This document shows positions 58,511-64,000 of a stretch of 64,000 bases of DNA, piece after piece. Source of the DNA: an uncultured Acidobacteriota bacterium (GTDB lineage Bacteria; Acidobacteriota; UBA6911). The notes beneath the pieces were generated by a model. It was not told where the DNA came from. It searched no databases and saw only the letters and a program-made list of their open reading frames with translations. The position numbers and the translations under genes are program-made. Every line of letters starts with the position of its first letter. Position 1 is the first letter of the stretch. Where the stretch lies: positions 512,001 to 576,000 of the forward strand of contig CAWEJX010000007.1 in the NCBI GenBank assembly GCA_963809485.1, in the 5' to 3' direction.

Positions 58511-59887
58511 TTACGAGAAAAGCAGTTCTGCTGCCTGCGCAACCGTTTTGACGGGCGCCAGCTCGATGCCCGCGATCGGATCGGCCATGGGCAGGTTGCC
58601 TGCGGGCAGTATGCATTTCCGGAAACCCATTGCGGCAGCTTCTCTTACACGAAGATGGGCCTGGCTGATGGGGCGGGCGTCGCCCGAGAGACTGAGTTCG
58701 CCCAGCAGGACCGTATGAGGAGGCAGGGGGCGGTTGCGAAAACTGCTGAGAATGGCGGCAAATATGCCAAGATCGGATCCCGGTTCGTTGATTTCGATCC
58801 CGCCGGCTGTATTTACGTAAATATCGCAAGCCGCCATTTGAATGCCTAACCGCTTTTCGAGCATCGCCACGAGAACGGATAAACGGTTGTAGTCGATCCC
58901 GGCTGCAACGCGGCGTGCTGTGCCGTATTGTGTTGAGACCACAAGAGCCTGGACCTCGACAAGCAGCGGCCGGGTTCCCTCGAGAGCGCACACGACCGCG
59001 CTTCCGGCCGAAATATTTTCCCTCTCCATCAGGAACAGGCTGGATGGATTTCCCGACGGGATCAATCCCCGGGAAGTCATCTCGAAAATGCCGATCTCGT
59101 TCGCGGCGCCGAAACGGTTCTTGACCGCGCGGATGATCCGGTGGTTCTGATGGCGCTCCCCTTCGAAATACAGCACCACATCCACGATGTGCTCCAGCGC
59201 CTTGGGACCCGCGATGCTCCCATCCTTGGTTACATGCCCGATCAGGAAGACGGGAATCTCCCGTGTTTTCGACAAGCCGAGAAATTGCATGGCGACGTGA
59301 CGCACCTGGCTGACGCTGCCCGGCGCCGAATCGAGCGCTTCGGAAAACGTGGTCTGGATCGAATCCACGACGATGGCTGCGGGCTGAATTTCTTCCGCCG
59401 ACGAGAGGATGTGCTCGACGCTCGATTCCGCCAGAATATAAATGTCGTCGGCCTCCGCTGCGCCGCCCCGGGAGTCTTCGAGCCGGTCTGCCCGTATCTT
59501 GATTTGTTGAACCGATTCCTCGCCCGAGGCATAGAGAATGCGCCGTCCCTGCTGCTGAAGGCTGCGCGCGATTTGAAGCAGCAGGGTTGATTTTCCGGCG
59601 CCCGGTTCGCCTCCGACCAGGACAAGAGCGCCCGGCACGATGCCGCCTCCCAGCACGCGGTCAAATTCAGGATTGCCGGTGCCGATGCGCGGAGATGCCT
59701 CCACCGAAACCTCCGTCAGTTTTGTGGCCCTGGAGCTTCCCGGGCGCGCCGGAACCGCGGCAGCCGGCCCGGGCCGGAGCTCTTCCATGAAAGAGTTCCA
59801 GCTGCCGCAATCGGGGCATCGGCCAAGCCATTTTGCAGATGCATAGCCGCAGTTCTGGCACTCGAATACCGAAGGCGATTTGGTCAT
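58511..59887 (-). CDS. radA: DNA repair protein RadA/Sms
   Basis: CQNCG...CPDC zinc finger, GEPGAGKSTL, KNRFG. Confidence 0.97.
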   Translation of the reverse strand: MTKSPSVFECQNCGYASAKWLGRCPDCGSWNSFMEELRPGPAAAVPARPGSSRATKLTEVSVEASPRIGTGNPEFDRVLGGGIVPGALVLVGGEPGAGKSTLLLQIARSLQQQGRRILYASGEESVQQIKIRADRLEDSRGGAAEADDIYILAESSVEHILSSAEEIQPAAIVVDSIQTTFSEALDSAPGSVSQVRHVAMQFLGLSKTREIPVFLIGHVTKDGSIAGPKALEHIVDVVLYFEGERHQNHRIIRAVKNRFGAANEIGIFEMTSRGLIPSGNPSSLFLMERENISAGSAVVCALEGTRPLLVEVQALVVSTQYGTARRVAAGIDYNRLSVLVAMLEKRLGIQMAACDIYVNTAGGIEINEPGSDLGIFAAILSSFRNRPLPPHTVLLGELSLSGDARPISQAHLRVREAAAMGFRKCILPAGNLPMADPIAGIELAPVKTVAQAAELLFS

Positions 59888-59926
59888 GAACGCCCGCCTT
59901 TCCGGGGATGATGCCTATGTCCATTG

Positions 59927-59955
59927 ATTAGATCAACCGTCATTATTGATGTCAA
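59927..59955 (-). promoter_or_regulatory. sigma70-type promoter for radA operon
   Basis: Minus strand TTGACA-17 nt-TCTAAT, ~40 nt upstream of radA ATG. Confidence 0.55.
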
Positions 59956-60087
59956 GCGCATGCGGCCTTTCGCTTGCGGGTTTGGGGAACCGACGACCTG
60001 TTCCGACGATCGGCAAATCTGGATTTTGCCTGCTCCGGTAAACTGTTTTTGATAAGCTATGATTTCGAATTTGCCAGAGGAACGCAA

Positions 60088-60891
60088 GTGATCATTGATG
60101 CTCATACGCATATCTATCCCGAATTCGTCGCGAAGAAGGCTCTGAATACTGTCGTGACCAATATCGGGAACCGGCTGACTCCCTTCACCGACGGGACCTG
60201 TGAAAGCCTGACCGCCTCTATGGATGCCGCGGGAGTCGACCTTTCGATCGTCCTCATGATTGCCACCAGTCCAGGACATGGGAGCCGGATCCTGCAGTGG
60301 ATCAAAGCGATCATGCCGGATGCGCCGCGCATGATTTTTTTTGGCTCCGTGCATCCCTATGATCCCAACTATCGCGAGCTAATCCGGGAAATGGCCGAGG
60401 CCGGTCTCCAGGGGATAAAGTTCCATCCGCCCTACCAGCAGGTTCCGGTGGATGCCAAAGAAGCCTATGCGATTTATGAAGAAGCGGCGAAACGCGACCT
60501 CGTGATGTATTTTCATGCCGGGCCCGATCCCAGCGTGCCCGGATGCGACTATTCCTCGGTGGAACGATTCTCGGTTTTCCTGAAGGACTTCGAAGGGGCA
60601 AAGATTGTGCTGGCGCATGGAGGCGGATACGGCGAATGGGATAAGGTTTTGGATCTGCTGGGCGGCAGGACATGCTACTTCGATGTCGCGTTCGTGCTCG
60701 AAAACATGAGGCGCCGCAACGATGCGCGCGAACTCTTCCGGCAGAAGGAAGACTATTTCCTGTTCGGCACGGACAGCCCGTGGCGCGAGCAGAAGAGGTA
60801 CGTCGAGCTGATACGCACGTCGAATACGCTCACGCGGATTCAAAAAGAGAAGATGTTTTGCACAAACATCCGGAAACTCGTAAAGGTTTGA
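60088..60891 (+). CDS. amidohydrolase_2-family metal-dependent hydrolase
   Basis: IIDAHTH, GIKFHP, FHAG, LAHGGG, LFGTDSPW. Confidence 0.88.
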   Translation: MIIDAHTHIYPEFVAKKALNTVVTNIGNRLTPFTDGTCESLTASMDAAGVDLSIVLMIATSPGHGSRILQWIKAIMPDAPRMIFFGSVHPYDPNYRELIREMAEAGLQGIKFHPPYQQVPVDAKEAYAIYEEAAKRDLVMYFHAGPDPSVPGCDYSSVERFSVFLKDFEGAKIVLAHGGGYGEWDKVLDLLGGRTCYFDVAFVLENMRRRNDARELFRQKEDYFLFGTDSPWREQKRYVELIRTSNTLTRIQKEKMFCTNIRKLVKV

Positions 60892-60950
60892 ACTCTGCCC
60901 CGCTCATTTCAGTGAGGACCGCTTTCCGAAGCCGCCCGGGTGATACCGAT

Positions 60951-62237
60951 TCAGCCAAGTATCACGAGCGAGTCGCGGTATTTTTCAAGCAGCGGTTTCC
61001 AGTCCGCTTCTCCACCGGACTCCCGCAGTTCGCGAAAGATCGATCGGTCGAAAAGCACCGGGTTGCCGAATTTTCCTTCAAAACCAAACGCGCAGGCCGG
61101 CGCGAACGATCGCCGGTGCGCACGGACGAGATCGCGAACCGTTTCCGCGGCGGCAACAGGCTGACCGGCGGCCAGAATGACGGCGGCGCCCGTCCGGGCG
61201 GGGAGCGCCTCAATCGCCATGCGAACGGAAGAGTTCCCGCCCGCTTTAAAATCCATATGTACAATTGTACATATCGGCATGCCCGCGAACGCCTGCGCCG
61301 TCTCTTCGGACCTGCTGTTCGAGCACTACAACGACCGGATCAAGCCCGGCCTCCAGCGCAACGCGGGCGGCGCCGACCGCAAGGGATCGGTACTTCGGGG
61401 GCCAAAGATGATCCATGGACCACGGCCCATGGATTGCCCGTCGGCCAGGATCACTCCGGCCGCCGGCGACCATGTTTCGCGCACAGGCGGCTCGCCGCGC
61501 ATCACGCTGATGATGACGGAGTCCACGACGGCCGATTTCAACAGCTTCGCGGCAATTTCGCGGGCACGCGGAACGGCGGTTTCATCGTCGGCCCGGTTCA
61601 GTACCGGCACCAGCCGTGCGCCGGCCGGCAGCTGTTTGGCGCCGCCTTGAGGATGAGAGAGCACACGGGCAACCGTATCCCCTGTGACAATGCTCCCAGG
61701 CTGCTGTTGCGCAAGGGAAGCGATGATTTCCGGGCGATGCACATGGGCGTCATCGAGAGGCTCTCCCAGCGCGTCGAGCCCGGCAATCGGCACAAGGATC
61801 GTGGTAATGTCAGGTACAACAGGCTCGTGAGTACCGGGCGCCTTGAAAGGGAGCGACCGGCTGCCGTCGGCCTCGACCACGATGATGTCCACATCGGACC
61901 GTTCCTTGAGGCGGGCAATCAGTTCGGGCAGGACGCCGTGGACCCTGCCCTTGCCGTCCGGCGGGCCGGCAATGAGGCAGTGACCGAACCGGTCCAGGCG
62001 CTCTGTCAGAAGATCCAGCCTTTCCGGCACGATGAAGGAAGGCGCGAACTGGACCTGATCCTCGCTGATGTGTGTTGTGGTCGTCGTAACGACACGCATT
62101 CCTGCCGCGCCCAACTCGGAAGCCAGCCTGAACATGGAGGTGGTTTTGCCTCCGCCTCCGACAAGTGAAACCACGTCGCCGCGTCGGACTCGCAACGCTT
62201 TCGCAAGCGGCATACCCGTTGTTCGCAATTCCGGCAT
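60951..62237 (-). pseudogene. yqeC: YqeC (selenium-dependent Mo-hydroxylase accessory) fused to MocA-like nucleotidyltransferase; C-terminal domain split by two frameshifts
   Basis: VGGGGKTT, TTTTHI, EADGSRSLPFKAP (YqeC); MocA pieces GVILADGQS / ALEAGLDPVVVVL / GNPVLFDR lie in three successive ORFs. Confidence 0.75.
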
Positions 62238-62432
62238 ACGCGGGAATTATATAATGGAATGACGTACCGTATGTTCAGTATCCAACGAAGACCGTCGAAG
62301 GCAAAATATTGTCGCGCAAAATCCCTGTCGCCGCAACGGCGGTTTCGGCAGTGTCTTGATGGGCCTTGACTTTCATCAATTAAATAGAGATAAAGGGCTA
62401 TTTTGAAAAACAGGGGTTGGCGGACAAATTCA

Positions 62433-62642
62433 ATGAAATCGAAAAAATCCTCAGAACTCCATGAACTGGACCGCGACCTGCCGACCGGCCCGGCGGACAT
62501 TACCGCGCTCAGGCGGGCCCGCCGGGACACAATCAGAGATTTAAAACTCTATTTTGAATTTCTTGCAAGCCTCCCGGCTCCGCCCGCGCGTGAGTTGATC
62601 TCCAGGAAAGGTCCTGCCGGCCCCACCCCCTTCGAATTATAG
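62433..62642 (+). CDS. small hypothetical protein
   Basis: 69-aa ORF, DRDLPT..DITALRRAR...PFEL; plausible coding composition. Confidence 0.5.
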   Translation: MKSKKSSELHELDRDLPTGPADITALRRARRDTIRDLKLYFEFLASLPAPPARELISRKGPAGPTPFEL

Positions 62643-63125
62643 AATTGGGGTCGGACCAGGATAAATTGTTGCCATGATACCTGTTACATCGGTTTTATGC
62701 CGTAAAAAACGGCCTTAGAACCCTTTTTGGGCGCCACCAAATTGCGTTTAATGCTTGTCTTAGATTTTCGTTTGAAAGCTATTCGTTAGAGCCCCAAAAT
62801 GCCCCCCCAAAAAAATGACGGCATAAAAAAATGCCCGCGCGCCCGGTCTGCGGCATGAAGGCCGAGAGATTCGGGATCTTATACCTCCGCTTGCCGCACA
62901 GGATTCGAGGTATCCTTGCCCAACTCACCTTTGATTCGGGTGGCCGCGACCTCTTCGGGAGTTGCCGTTCCGGCATTGATTTTGCCGATGAGCGTCAGGA
63001 TCCTGGCGGCGATCGCGCTTCTTTTTCTATGCTTGCCGATCGCGATTTTGCTACATTAGCCGCATCTGACTAATCCGAATTTCTCTGCATTGAAAGCGAC
63101 TGTCGACGTGTAGGAGGCGCTCCCT

Positions 63126-64000
63126 ATGATCGGCAGAACGCTCGGCCATTATCGAATAACCAGTCAGCTCGGCAAAGGCGGCATGGGAGAAGTCTATGTC
63201 GCCGACGACTCAACGAATCGCAAGGTTGCCTAAGGTCTCCTGATGTCTTCGCAGGCGATCCCGAAAGAATGGCGCGATTCGAGCGAGAAGCAAAAGTGCT
63301 GGCGTCGCTTAATCATCCAACATCGCTCGATTTACGGCTCGAACAGGCCGAAGGGAAACGCTTCATCGTGATGGAGCTTGTCGAAGGCGAAACGCTGGCG
63401 CAAAGGATCAGCAAAGGAGCGTTGCCGGTGGACGAAGCCCTGGCAATATGCCGCCAGATCGCCGAGGGGTTGGAGGCCGCGCATGAAAAAGGAGTGATCC
63501 ATCGCGACCTTAAGCCCGCCAACGTGATGATCTCCGAAGGAGGACAAGGTCAAGATACTGGACTTCGGCCTGGCAAAAGCTCTCTCGGACGAAACGCAAG
63601 ATATCGATTCATCACAATCACCCACTCTCACAGAAGCGATGACGCGGCCCGGCGTCATTCTGGGGACCGCTGCCTACATGAGCCCGGAGCAGGCTAAAGG
63701 CAAATCGGTCGACAAGCGCGCCGACATCTGGGCGTTCGGCTGCATCCTGTACGAATGCCTGAGCGGCAAGAGGACATTCGAAGGCGAAACGGTCACGGAG
63801 ACTCTGGCATCTGTGTTGACGAAAGATCCCGAGTGGGAAAAGGCTCCGGCGAGAGTCCGCCCCTTGCTGCGCCGGTGCCTGGAAAGAGACCCGAAAAAGC
63901 GGCTGCGGGATATCGGCGAAGCACTGGTCGGATTGAGAACGCGCCGGTATCGGCCCCCGCCAAACGACCATGGCTCGCATGGGCTGTCGCGGTTCCGGCT
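63126..64000 (+). pseudogene. Hanks-type Ser/Thr protein kinase with multiple frameshifts (runs off window)
   Basis: [30 protein letters not shown] and GTAAYMSPEQ spread over different frames. Confidence 0.85.

Noticed and set aside
62693-62828. Possible small MITE with 11-bp inverted ends TTTTATGCCGT/ACGGCATAAAA
   Set aside because: Single copy in the window, short repeat and no target duplication seen.

Overview
A GC-rich bacterial chromosomal segment, probably Acidobacteriota (inferred from the GWxTD protein, the Hfq paralog type and an MIGxTLGHY-type Ser/Thr kinase). It is mostly housekeeping genes: purB, hutU, tmk-holB, pdxA, pepA, smpB, rfbABD, trpS and radA-yacL-ispDF-gltX-rlmB. It also carries a complete citrate-lyase-type cluster (citDEF-XG-C), a CxxxY-type (System I*) cytochrome c maturation cluster and a PilG/H/I-like ABC module. 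No tRNA, rRNA, CRISPR or transposase was seen. The most notable signals are: (1) a dihydropyrimidinase homolog lacking three active-site residues, with a CRMP-like GSGH motif; (2) a tandem pair of PAS-GAF-GGDEF paralogs, one intact and one systematically dead but keeping the RxxD I-site; (3) several families of non-autonomous repeats, including a ~300-bp TIR element wrapping a REP-like palindrome (2 copies), heptamer-bounded elements that supply stop codons to convergent genes, and a 5x141-bp tandem amplification of one such element; (4) a DnaA-box cluster with no dnaA gene in the window. Frameshifts near the right end look like sequencing errors.
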